Shown: positions 41,398 through 50,848, counted from the first letter of the stretch. The stretch is DNA of 64,000 nt from an uncultured bacterium (GCA_963845185.1 CAWJRG010000009.1:768001-832000), one strand, 5' to 3'. Numbers and translations are program-made. The notes: generated by a model from the sequence alone, not told the origin.

Positions 41398-42498
41398 TTA
41401 TAATATTGCCGTTTCGTTTGACGCGTCAAAAAAATGCGCCTTGTTCATGTCAAATACCAGCTCGAGTTCCTGGTTTATGTCTATCTCCGCGTCGGAGTCC
41501 ATCTTCGCTATGAACGGCGTCTTCCCTGTCGTCAAATACACCAGGTTTTCGCTTCCAAGCGGTTCCACTACCTCAACCGTTGCCACCACCGTATTGTCCG
41601 CGCTCGCGTTCGGAGCGTACACCTTGTCGTATATGTCTTCCGGCCTTATTCCCATTATTATCGGCTGCCCTGCCTTGCCCTTCAGCAGCGCTCCCATCGA
41701 CTCCGGCACCTTTACCTCGAAATTCTCTTCGTTGAAAAATAATCCCCCTTTCTTTTCCTCCAGTATTCCGTCTATGAAATTCATTGACGGGCTCCCTATA
41801 AATCCTGCACAGAATTTGTTCACTGGCTTATCATACAGTGTCTTCGGGTCCGCTATCTGCTGTATCTCTCCGTCCTTCATTACCACTATCTTCTCCCCCA
41901 TTGTCATTGCTTCCACCTGGTCGTGCGTTACGTATATCATTGTCGCCTGCAGCCTCGTGTGCAGCTTTGAAAGCTCTGCCCTCATCTGCACCCTTAGTTT
42001 TGCGTCCAGGTTCGACAACGGCTCGTCAAACAAGAATACCTTCGGCTTCCTTACTATCGCCCTTCCTACCGCTACCCTCTGCCTCTCTCCTCCGGACAGC
42101 TCTTTCGGCTTCCTCTTCAGCAGTTTCTGTATCCCGAGTATATCAGCCGCCTCGTCTACCCTCTGCTTTATCTCTGCCTTCGGGTATTTCCTCAGCTTTA
42201 ACCCAAATGCCATATTTTCCTCTACTGTCATGTGCGGGTATAACGCGTAGTTCTGAAATACCATTGCTATATCCCTGTCTTTCGGTTGTACGTCGTTTAC
42301 CATCATGTCATCTATAAATATCTCCCCTCCTGTCGCTTCCTCCAGTCCTGCCACCATCCTCAATGTCGTTGTCTTTCCGCATCCGGATGGCCCTACCAAT
42401 ATTAAAAATTCTTTATCTTCGCATACTATATTTGCACCTTTTACTGCAAGTACGTTTCCGTATTTCTTCATTACATTTTTCATTACTACTCTCGCCAT
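41398..42498 (-). CDS. Sugar ABC transporter ATP-binding subunit (MsmX/MalK/UgpC family), orphan
   Basis: GPSGCGKTT, FQNYALYPH, LSGGERQR, DEPLSNLDAKLR, YVTHDQ, TOBE-like end; no permease genes adjacent. Confidence 0.95.
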   Translation of the reverse strand: MARVVMKNVMKKYGNVLAVKGANIVCEDKEFLILVGPSGCGKTTTLRMVAGLEEATGGEIFIDDMMVNDVQPKDRDIAMVFQNYALYPHMTVEENMAFGLKLRKYPKAEIKQRVDEAADILGIQKLLKRKPKELSGGERQRVAVGRAIVRKPKVFLFDEPLSNLDAKLRVQMRAELSKLHTRLQATMIYVTHDQVEAMTMGEKIVVMKDGEIQQIADPKTLYDKPVNKFCAGFIGSPSMNFIDGILEEKKGGLFFNEENFEVKVPESMGALLKGKAGQPIIMGIRPEDIYDKVYAPNASADNTVVATVEVVEPLGSENLVYLTTGKTPFIAKMDSDAEIDINQELELVFDMNKAHFFDASNETAIL

Positions 42499-42553
42499 TT
42501 TGTCCTCCGCTATTTTGTGCTGATTTTTGTAAAAATTATTGAAATTCCTAGTG

Positions 42554-42582
42554 ATAATAACACTTTATCTTTATTATGTCAA
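42554..42582 (-). promoter_or_regulatory. Sigma70 promoter TTGACA-17-TATTAT
   Basis: Near-consensus boxes upstream of the ABC ATPase gene. Confidence 0.65.
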
Positions 42583-42812
42583 TAATATTGCCTAAACTTG
42601 ATAATTGAAAGTTTAAAATATTTTAATTTAAACAAAAATAATAGCTTTAGATATTAATTTAACGAAAAACCCTATTTTAAGAAATACAAATAATTATAAT
42701 AACAGTGATTATACAAAGATAAGCCCATGATATTCAAAGCGTATTTTCGATAAAATAAGGTTGTTATTTATACTTCTTATTTGCATGTAAACAATCTGGT
42801 TTTCAGTTATTC

Positions 42813-43181
42813 TTATGGAAGATTTCCTTCCAATTCCTCGCATTGATAGAGGGTTGTTTGGCTGAACGCAACTTTCCCATCCTCGTATATTTGCTCTAAA
42901 ACATCATCCCCGCAACCATCACATGCGGCTAAAGTAACTCTGGTTCCTGATTTTGCGTTATATGTAGGGGATTTCCACGGAAGGCTTGATGGTTCGACTT
43001 CATATCCTATACCATTCACGTAATATGTAGTCTGATAACCGTCATTATTATAACCTCCGCACCCACTGTTTGATACAGAGAAGTAAACCTTGTGGGTAAA
43101 TAGCGAGCAGGAAGAGCAGGACAGTGTAAGAATACAAATTACTGCTAAAACCATTAATAAGATTTTTTTGTGAGTAGACAT
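42813..43181 (-). CDS. Small Cys-rich lipoprotein (MmpS-like Ig fold); 3' exon of the intron-interrupted gene
   Basis: Lipobox LSC; SLPW.S.TY; the ORF start (ATG 43181) lies inside intron domain VI; the native ATG is at 45076-45078; paralogue at 45211. Confidence 0.8.
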   Translation of the reverse strand: MSTHKKILLMVLAVICILTLSCSSCSLFTHKVYFSVSNSGCGGYNNDGYQTTYYVNGIGYEVEPSSLPWKSPTYNAKSGTRVTLAACDGCGDDVLEQIYEDGKVAFSQTTLYQCEELEGNLP

Positions 43182-45074
43182 CTTTTATAACCTCCTTTGG
43201 TTACTTAATGCCCCTCTCAGAACCGAACGTGACCGTTTCGGTCATTCGGCTCCACGGGAATACTTCCTAATACGATGACAGCGAATAGGTTAAATGATAT
43301 ATCCTGGGTTCCGGCAATGGGTTGTATCTTAGAAAGCGGCAAAACTGTTCCCAGTTGTAACTTCTTTTCTGGCTTCGCCTGTTTATCCATTTATAGGCGA
43401 GCGCACGATTTCTCCAGTAGAATTTTGTTATTTGGGGCATATTACCGCTTATCCCGTAATAATTGTAGTGGCCCGTTAACTTTCTTCCTAATGCCTGCCA
43501 CCACTGTTTTAATTCCACAAGATTTCTTACGCTCTTTAGCCAGAAGTTCGTCGCCTTCATCTTCTGTTTGAATTTTGTACTTGCCGTCCTTCGGCCTAAT
43601 TTGAAGCCGCCCTTTCTGGTTTTGTCGCAGTAATGAGTAAACCCGAGGAAATCAAAGGTCGGAATTTTCCCGCCTGTATCTTTGGACTTATACCAGGCGT
43701 GGCGCCCGAATACGATTATTCTCGATTTATCTTTGGCGATTTTGAGGCCAAACTTATCAAGCCTCTGTCTTAACATTTCGCCAAACTCCTTTGCTTCGCT
43801 GTCATATTGGAACAGCACAACAAAGTCATCGGCATAACGTATCAGACTGGCGTATCCTTTGAGCTGTCTCTTGACATGCCTTTCGAACCACAGGTCTAAT
43901 ATGTAGTGTAGGTAGATGTTCGCCAGTAATGGGCTTAGTATTCCGCCCTGCGGCGTCCCTTTATCCGTTTCGATAAACTTACCTTCTTCCATAATCCCTG
44001 CATTTAATATCCTGCCGATTAACCTTATCAGGTTTGTATCGGCAATCCTTTGCGTAAGGCATTTCATTAGCCATTTGTGGTTTATGGTATCGAAAAACTT
44101 CTCAATGTCCATATCCACTACTGCGTTGACTGGCTTTGTCATTACTTCCTTATCCAGAATTTTCAATGCCTGATGACAATTTCTGTCAGGCCTGAACCCG
44201 TAAGATACTTCGCTGAAGTCTACCTCAAAGATTGACTCAAGAATTTTCTTTACCCCCATCTGGATTATCTTATCCTCGACGGCAGGTATTCCCAGCGGCC
44301 TCTTGTCTCCGTTTGTCTTGGGGATGTAGACGCGCCTTGTTGGTTGCGGTATGTATCTCCACGCCTTCATCCTATTGATTAAATCCTTGATATTTGCCTC
44401 TTTGTTGACTTCATATTCCTCTATCCTTACTCCGTCAATGCCCGGGGCTTTGTCCTGTTTTAACTCCCCAAAGCACTCCATTAGAAACTCCTCATTGAGC
44501 AGGTGTATCAGCGATGTAAATCTCAATTTTGGATTTTCCTTTGCCCGCATTGTTATGGTCATAAGTTTTGTTGCCATTCCGTCTCCACCTCTGTGTGTGG
44601 CGGTTGTCTCCCTTATGTCCATACGCATTCCCTCTATCCCCTTTTCTCCATCTACTTTCGTAGACTTCATCGATACTATGGGATAGTCAGACTGCCGGAA
44701 CATCTTTTGCGGCTCCTTATCTTTTAGGATTTGTCGCCGCATACTCTCGTTTTGAGGGTGTCCCGGCTCTCCCGAGTTCATATCTGCTCCTTGACATCTT
44801 GACACGGACTTAGACCCCGTCGGATTCCCACTCTCTCGCCTTTTTATGATTGTGGGACTGCTGCCTGCTCTTTTATGAAAAATGTCGGCCTCCGACACGT
44901 TGGCGATTTCGGGGCTCAATACCTTCACTTGCGTTGTATCCCGATGTCTCCCGCCTTCCAGCTTCATTTAGCTCGTTGCCTCACTATTTGTGGAATTTGG
45001 TATTGGGCTGGCGGCTGACCTTTGCCCAGGCTGGACTTTCACCAGCGCGAACCGATACGCTTTTCTCGGCGCAC
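43169..45074 (-). mobile_element. Group II intron (IIB-like, about 1.9 kb) with RT/maturase ORF
   Basis: 5' GTGCG at 45074; DV GAGCCGAATGACCGAAACGGTCACGTTCGGTTC (43220-43252); DVI GAGGGGCAT...ATGTCT-A-CTC with a bulged A; RT ORF in DIV. The 3' boundary is 43169 or 43170. Confidence 0.92.
43267..44577 (-). CDS. ltrA: Group II intron reverse transcriptase/maturase, no endonuclease domain
   Basis: APGIDG, RPLGIP..EDK, SYGFRP, D...FFD, GTPQGG.LSPLLANIYL, YADD, FDFLGF, domain X GHYNYY; likely start MATKL at 44577. Confidence 0.95.
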   Translation of the reverse strand: MATKLMTITMRAKENPKLRFTSLIHLLNEEFLMECFGELKQDKAPGIDGVRIEEYEVNKEANIKDLINRMKAWRYIPQPTRRVYIPKTNGDKRPLGIPAVEDKIIQMGVKKILESIFEVDFSEVSYGFRPDRNCHQALKILDKEVMTKPVNAVVDMDIEKFFDTINHKWLMKCLTQRIADTNLIRLIGRILNAGIMEEGKFIETDKGTPQGGILSPLLANIYLHYILDLWFERHVKRQLKGYASLIRYADDFVVLFQYDSEAKEFGEMLRQRLDKFGLKIAKDKSRIIVFGRHAWYKSKDTGGKIPTFDFLGFTHYCDKTRKGGFKLGRRTASTKFKQKMKATNFWLKSVRNLVELKQWWQALGRKLTGHYNYYGISGNMPQITKFYWRNRALAYKWINRRSQKRSYNWEQFCRFLRYNPLPEPRIYHLTYSLSSY

Positions 45075-45092
45075 TCATATTCCGCCTCCTTA
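45075..45092 (-). promoter_or_regulatory. Native RBS and start codon (5' exon) of the interrupted lipoprotein gene
   Basis: AATTAAGGAGGCGGAATATGA matches the paralogue's AATTAAGGAGACGGAATATG; a TTGCAT-17-TAAAAT promoter lies just upstream. Confidence 0.8.
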
Positions 45093-45210
45093 ATTGAATT
45101 TAAAAACAAAACTATTTTATCATTTTTCATTATCCCATGCAAGCAATTTCAGCCAGTATTTACTTTATCCCTAAGTCCAGTGCGTTTTTATTGTGCCATG
45201 AATTAAAAAT

Positions 45211-45558
45211 TTATATTGTGCCGTCAAGGGTTATACCACAGTTATAAGTATCATTGGCGCTTACCAATACGTTCCCATCCCTGTATATGTACATGTTAGT
45301 ATTATTGTTACAGCCTTCGCAACAAAATATTGAAACTGAAGATCCTGCTTTTGCAGTATATGTGGGAGACGTCCATGGCAGGGATGGATAAACCGTATAA
45401 GACGAACCGTTTACAGTATATTCTATCCAACTACTCGTACTGCAGGAACCTGTGTCAGTTACCTTAAAGTAAACTTTGTGGGCAAATAACGAGCAGGAAG
45501 AGCAGGACATCATAAAAACGCTGAATATAGCTAAAACCATTAATATAATTCTACGCAT
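45211..45558 (-). CDS. Small Cys-rich lipoprotein (MmpS-like), paralogue of 42813
   Basis: Shares LMVLA...SCSSCSLF.HKVYF, VNG, SLPW.SPTY.AK.G, C.GC, IY.DG. Confidence 0.82.
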   Translation of the reverse strand: MRRIILMVLAIFSVFMMSCSSCSLFAHKVYFKVTDTGSCSTSSWIEYTVNGSSYTVYPSLPWTSPTYTAKAGSSVSIFCCEGCNNNTNMYIYRDGNVLVSANDTYNCGITLDGTI

Positions 45559-45724
45559 ATTCCGTCTCCTTAATTAAAATCTTACGCATTACTTTTACCC
45601 GCCGAATTGCCAGCCGTGTTTAGAATAATTTGCAGTAAATCATTTGCCTTGATTTTATTTATATCATTTTCTACTGAATTTCGCAAGACGTTTTTAAAAC
45701 AATCCGGACGGCCGATATAAACCA

Positions 45725-45753
45725 TTGACATTAATAGTGTTTTATGTTAAAAA
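45725..45753 (+). promoter_or_regulatory. Probable rpsT promoter TTGACA-17-TAAAAA
   Basis: Consensus -35 box and extended TG. Confidence 0.5.
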
Positions 45754-45795
45754 TCATTTGTTTTTTTAACAAATCAACCGGAGGTATCAAGTAAA

Positions 45796-46056
45796 ATGCC
45801 GAATTTGAAAGCTTCTATTAAAGACGTCAGAAAAACCGCAAAAAGGACAGTGAGAAATAAAACAGCCATATCCGAAGTCAGGAGCACCCTGAAAAAAATT
45901 AAAAAGATAACTTCTGCCGAGGAAGCAAAAAAAGCCCTGCCCGGCGCTTATTCGGTGATTGACAAAGCCGTGGAGAGAGGGATTTTAAAAAAAAATACAG
46001 GCGCAAGGTATAAAAGCAGGCTGGCATCTTACGTCAATAAACTGCCGCAAAAATAA
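45796..46056 (+). CDS. rpsT: 30S ribosomal protein S20
   Basis: MPN.K.S.K..R......RN, IDKA...G..KKN..AR.KSRL; GGAGG SD. Confidence 0.96.
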   Translation: MPNLKASIKDVRKTAKRTVRNKTAISEVRSTLKKIKKITSAEEAKKALPGAYSVIDKAVERGILKKNTGARYKSRLASYVNKLPQK

Positions 46057-46071
46057 GCAACCACCCAAAAA

Positions 46072-47107
46072 TCAGTTTTTTTTCTCGTTAAGTTTCAAGA
46101 ATATCTTTTCAGAGCATCACCTGAAAAATAATCTTGCCGTTTTCTTTTGACGACAGCTTTATTTTTTTGTCAGCTTCCTTGACGATGCGCAGTACGTCGA
46201 TAAAAGGTGTCCCCGAAAAATTCTTTACATGGTCTTTGGCTTTCTTCATGGTGTACCAATTCATGAATTTCGACGCTTCCTGCTCTGCCTGTTTTGTAAG
46301 GTATCCTGATTTACCCATGTAATATTTCAGTATGTAAATCTTGTATATGGAGCTGAAAACAAACCCGAGCATTTGTTCCGGGGCCTCATCCTCGTATATT
46401 TTTTCCAGTATGGTCAGCGCTTTTTTCTCGTTTGCCTCGCCTATAGCATCGGAAAAATCAAATATGGAAAATCCCTTTTCAACTCCCCTTGTCTTGTTGA
46501 AATCTTCAACCGTAATATCGGTTTTATTTCCCGTAAAAAGCACGAGCTTGTCTATTTCGTTTTTTATAAATGCCATATCCCCGTTTGACTCGTAAATAAT
46601 GTAATCCATGACCTCGTAATCCATTTCTTTTTTGTCTTTTGCGGTATATGCCTTTGCCCAGTCCATTATATCCGAATCGCGAAGGCTTGAGAAATCAACT
46701 ATGTTTTTGCTCGATATGTCGTATTTTTCAAGTATCTTTTTTTTAAAATCCCTGCTTTCAAGCCCGGCTATAAGCGCCATGCATGTGAATTCCGGCATTT
46801 TCCCCAAAAAAGCCATCAGCCGTTCCAGTTCTTCGGTCTTTAACCTGTCGAACGATTTCACTATCAAAAGTTTTTTATTTGAAAAAAAAGGCCGCGTCCT
46901 GGCATTTTCTAAAAGGGATTCAATGGATATTTTTGAGTCTTTGTCGTCAACCTGGTAAACGTCGGTCCCGCTTGACGCGTCCCCGTCTTCGAATATTTTC
47001 ACAGAAAGCTCAAAAACAAATTCTTCATTTAAAAAACCGTTATTGCCCGCCAGAATGTAATACGGCTCGGTTTTGTTCTCAATAACCGACGCGAATCTTG
47101 GCAGCAT
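46072..47107 (-). CDS. holA: DNA polymerase III delta subunit (apparent 1-nt insertion near the 3' end)
   Basis: Y.L.G, PFF...KL.IV, NEIDKL, IFDF.DAI; leuS-lptE-holA context. The ORF stops at 46109 but the shifted frame gives EKIFLKLNEKKN to 46072. Confidence 0.85.
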
Positions 47108-47110
47108 GGC

Positions 47111-47668
47111 TTAATTTTTCATCTCAAAAAATGTAATTGCTGAAAGCTTGCCGTTTATGAAAAGGTTTACGTGGTACAGCCCCTGTTTTTCCGGCGTTTT
47201 TTTCTGGCCGTTTTCAGTCAGGATATTATCGATTTCAATGTAATTAGCGCAGACATAAGGGCTGAACTGCTTTCCGTCCACCTCAACCCTTTCATTCGAG
47301 TTGGTTTTGTCCCACGTGGCTACGCGTTCGCATATCACGTCTCCCGCCGGGTCTATCCACCTGTCTTCAAAAACATAGCTATCGGTATCAGAATTGCCTC
47401 CGCCTTTGGAATAAAGTATGTAGGGATTTATAAAAAGAAAATCCCTGTTTCTCAAATTGACATCCTTGCCCCCGCTTGAAGGAAACAATATATAAGCCCA
47501 GTATTGTATTGCCTTGTCCGTACCCCGGTAAAACCAGTTTTTGCTGTCAATAGGATAGCTGTTTATCAGCCCGCTGCATGTTGTTATATGGCCTATCAAA
47601 TAGGAATCTGCCGCATATAACCCAACGGCAAAAAATATCAGCATAAATAACAAAAAGACTTTTTTCAT
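47111..47668 (-). CDS. Secreted hypothetical protein
   Basis: Signal peptide MKKVFLL...LYA; embedded in the operon. Confidence 0.75.
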   Translation of the reverse strand: MKKVFLLFMLIFFAVGLYAADSYLIGHITTCSGLINSYPIDSKNWFYRGTDKAIQYWAYILFPSSGGKDVNLRNRDFLFINPYILYSKGGGNSDTDSYVFEDRWIDPAGDVICERVATWDKTNSNERVEVDGKQFSPYVCANYIEIDNILTENGQKKTPEKQGLYHVNLFINGKLSAITFFEMKN

Positions 47669-47703
47669 TTGTCTTCCTTATATCTGTATTTTGTTAATAG
47701 GAA

Positions 47704-48219
47704 TTATTTTACCGAACCATTTATTACCCTGTTTACTATTGTGCTGGCGAGCTGGTCAAGCACCCTGTTCCTGGCTGTGGTTTCATCTTCAGCCGGCATG
47801 CCCAGGTTATTTGCCACATAGTATGTGGTTTCTTCCCTGATTAAATCATCGCTCCAAAGCAGCGTCTGGCTTTTATTGTCAAAAAAGTAGAGCGTGATGT
47901 GTATCCTTAAGCGGTATTGCTGCGGCACCTGGTTCACGTCAAAAAGTATCGGCGTAAGGACATATTTTGTGATTTCAGCTTTTACAATCGCGTCCGCTTT
48001 GCTTTCATCGGTTATCTGCAACCGCCCGTTTGAGATAAATGTATCTATTGTCTTCTGTGTCAGATACTGTTCCATGCCGTATTGGGTCGTCTTGTTTAAA
48101 AACATAGGCACAGCTGCCTTTTGAATATAGCTTGGCAGTCCGGGCTGCGGGCTATAAGTGGAGCATCCCGCAAAAATCACTACGAACAAAATCAAAACCG
48201 GTAAAAGCATTTTCTTCAT
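47704..48219 (-). CDS. lptE: LPS assembly lipoprotein LptE
   Basis: Lipobox FAGC; LP..I....VP.F.N.T pattern; located between leuS and holA. Confidence 0.82.
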   Translation of the reverse strand: MKKMLLPVLILFVVIFAGCSTYSPQPGLPSYIQKAAVPMFLNKTTQYGMEQYLTQKTIDTFISNGRLQITDESKADAIVKAEITKYVLTPILFDVNQVPQQYRLRIHITLYFFDNKSQTLLWSDDLIREETTYYVANNLGMPAEDETTARNRVLDQLASTIVNRVINGSVK

Positions 48220-48259
48220 GATTCTTCCTCCTTAAATATTGTTTTTTTTAGTCGCATGT

Positions 48260-48288
48260 GTAGGGGTGATTCACGAATTACCCCGTAC
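48260..48288 (+). repeat. GTAG-type REP-like palindrome
   Basis: GTAGGGGTGATTCACGAATTACCCCGTAC just past the leuS stop; similar to 32540. Confidence 0.65.
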
Positions 48289-48303
48289 TTATTTTTCAAT
48301 CAA

Positions 48304-50791
48304 TTATTTTACTACTATATTCATCAGTTTGTTTTCTACAAAAATCTTCTTAACTATTTCCTTGCCTTTGACAAATTCTTTTATTTTCTCGTCGTTAAGA
48401 GCAAGCCTTTCAATTTCCGTTTGTGCTGTATTCACTGCAACATTTACTTTGCTCCTGATTTTGCCGTTTACCTGCAGCACAAACTCCACCGTATCCTCGA
48501 TCGTAAGCGCCTCGTTGTACCGCGGCCACTGCGTGTGGAATATGCTCGGCTTGCCTCCGGTTTTTTCCCATATTTCTTCGCTGAAATGCGGCACCATAGG
48601 CGCGAGCATAAGGGCCATGTTTTTGATGACGAATTTCAAAAGTTTCTGCTCGTTTTTGTCACCAGGGTTTATTTGAGTGTCATTAAGCGTGTTAAAAAGC
48701 TCCATGAGCGAGGCAATGGCAGTGTTAAACTGCTGTTCTATTTCGATATCGTTCGTGACTTTTTTTATTACCTGATGCGTCTTCCTGACAAGTCTTTTTG
48801 CGCCTTCGTTTAATTTATCATATTCTACGTCTTCGTCAATGTTTTTTATCTTATCGGCGTATTGCGTTATTTTACGCCACAACCTGTTTAAAAACCTGAA
48901 TGCTCCTTCAACAGCTTCGTCCGACCATTCGAGGTCAAAGACAGGCGGCGCCGCAAAAAGCATGAAAAACCTCGCTGTATCTGCGCCGTATTTTTCTATC
49001 ATGTCGTCCGGGCTGATTGTATTTCCTTTTGATTTTGACATCTTTGCGCCGTCTTTTATCACCATGCCCTGCGTCAGGAGCCGTAAAAAAGGCTCGTCGC
49101 TCGATATCAGCCCCATATCACGCATTACTTTGGTAAAAAACCTGGCATAAATCAAATGCATGCACGAATGCTCTGCGCCGCCGATATACTGGTCAACAGG
49201 CATAAGCTTGTCCGCTACAGCCTTGTTGACCATTTCTTTGTTATTTTTCGGGTCGCAGTAACGGATAAAATACCATGACGAGTCCACGAAAGTGTCCATG
49301 GTGTCGGTTTCTCTTTTTGCCGGCCCGCCGCACTTTGGGCACTTCGCGTTGACAAATGTTTTTGATGTCTCAAGCGGATTACCCTTGCCGGTGAATTCTA
49401 TGTCCTCGGGAAGCACCACAGGCAGGTTTTCCTCTTTTTCCATGACTACGCCGCATTTATCGCAGTATAGCGCAGGTATCGGCGTGCCCCAGTAGCGCTG
49501 CCGCGATATGAGCCAGTCCTTTAACTTGTAATTCACGGATTTTTTACCTATGCCAATTTTTTCCATCCAGTCAGCTATTTTTTCCTTTGCCTGCTTCGTT
49601 TTCAATGCCGTTGAACTGTCCTGAATTCACAAGCACGCCCTCACCCTCGTGCGCGTCTTTCATTTCTTCAATTTTTAAGATTTTGTCTTTGGGCTGAATG
49701 ACCACAATCATCGGGAGGCTGTATTTTTTCGCAAATATAAAATCCCTGGAATCGTGCGTTGGCACTGCCATAATAGCGCCTGTGCCGTATTCCATAAGCA
49801 CATAGTTACCGATAAATATCGGAATCTTCGCATTATTGACCGGATTTACGGCATATGCGCCTGTGGCAATGCCTTCTTTTTCAAGGTACAAAAGTGTCTC
49901 TACTGTAATGTCTATCTTTTTGACTTTTTCCTGGAATTTTTCTATTTCTTTTACCTTATTTTTGTCCGATTGTTTTTTTATTTCTTCCACCATCGGGTGC
50001 TGAGGCGCCAGCACTACATAGGTTGCACCAAATATCGTGTCAGGCCGCGTAGTGAACACAGGAATCTGCGCGCCTGTTTTTTCCTCTTTGAAATAAATGG
50101 TTACTCCGGTGCTCCTGCCTATCCAGTTTTTCTGCATTGCAAGCACTTTTTCCGGCCAGCCCTTCTCAAGCAATTTATGCCCGTCAAGAAGCTCCTGGCT
50201 GTAATCCGTTATCTTAAAAAACCACTGGGTCAAATCTTTTTGCTCGACCTTTGTTTCGCATCTCCAGCATTTGCCGTCATGCACCTGCTCGTTTGCAAGC
50301 ACGGTTTTGCAGTCAGGGCACCAGTTTACAGGCATCTTTTTGCGGTAAGCAAGGCCTTTTTCGAAAAATTTTATGAAAAGCCTCTGGTTCCATTTGTAAT
50401 ATTCCTTGTCGCAGGTCGTAACTTCCCTTTCCCAGTCATAGGATATGCCCATTTTCTTGAATTGCCCGCGCGCATGGTCCACATTTTTATGCGTCCACTG
50501 TGCTGGATGGATTTTGTTCTGGATTGCCGCATTCTCTGCAGGCAGGCCAAAAGCATCATAACCCATGGGGTGCATCACATCATAGCCTTTCATGCGCATA
50601 AAATGGGCTATGACGTCGCCTATGCAGTAAACCCTCACATGTCCCATATGCAAATAGCCTGAAGGATAAGGGAACATTTCAAGCACGTAATATTTCTTCT
50701 TGGCGTCGTTTTTAAGCCTGAATGTCTTGTTATCTTCCCAGTACTTCTGCCATTTTTCCTCTATTTCCTTGTAAGGGTAAAAATCAGCCAT
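48304..50791 (-). CDS. leuS: Leucine--tRNA ligase, split into two ORFs (49571-50791 and 48304-49605) by a frame break
   Basis: MFPYPSG.LHMGH and FTTRPDT in ORF1; DWLISRQRYWG, TMDTF.DSSWY and KMSKS in ORF2; the frames overlap by 35 nt. Confidence 0.95.
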
Positions 50792-50848
50792 GTTTTATTT
50801 CCTGCTCCTTATGCTGTCATTTGCATTTCGAAAAACCGCTAAAATTTA

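Noticed and set aside
41309..42317. Long plus-strand ORFs opposite the ABC ATPase (also opposite the oxidoreductase, leuS and katG)
   Set aside because: Antisense shadows of conserved genes caused by codon bias; no recognisable motifs or SDs.
41398..43168. Extra DV/DVI copies allowing alternative splicing to downstream genes
   Set aside because: I saw no second DV-like sequence downstream by eye; a covariance-model scan would be needed to exclude it fully.
44578..44967. 130-aa N-terminal extension of the RT in the ORF track
   Set aside because: It overlaps ribozyme domains I-III; the ATG at 44577 has a purine-rich SD and gives a normal-length protein.
42813..45558. Diversity-generating retroelement (RT flanked by two similar genes)
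   Set aside because: The RT has group II motifs (GTPQGG, YADD, domain X) within a full ribozyme. The paralogues differ at all base types and by indels, not only at adenines, and no TR/VR pair or Avd gene is seen.
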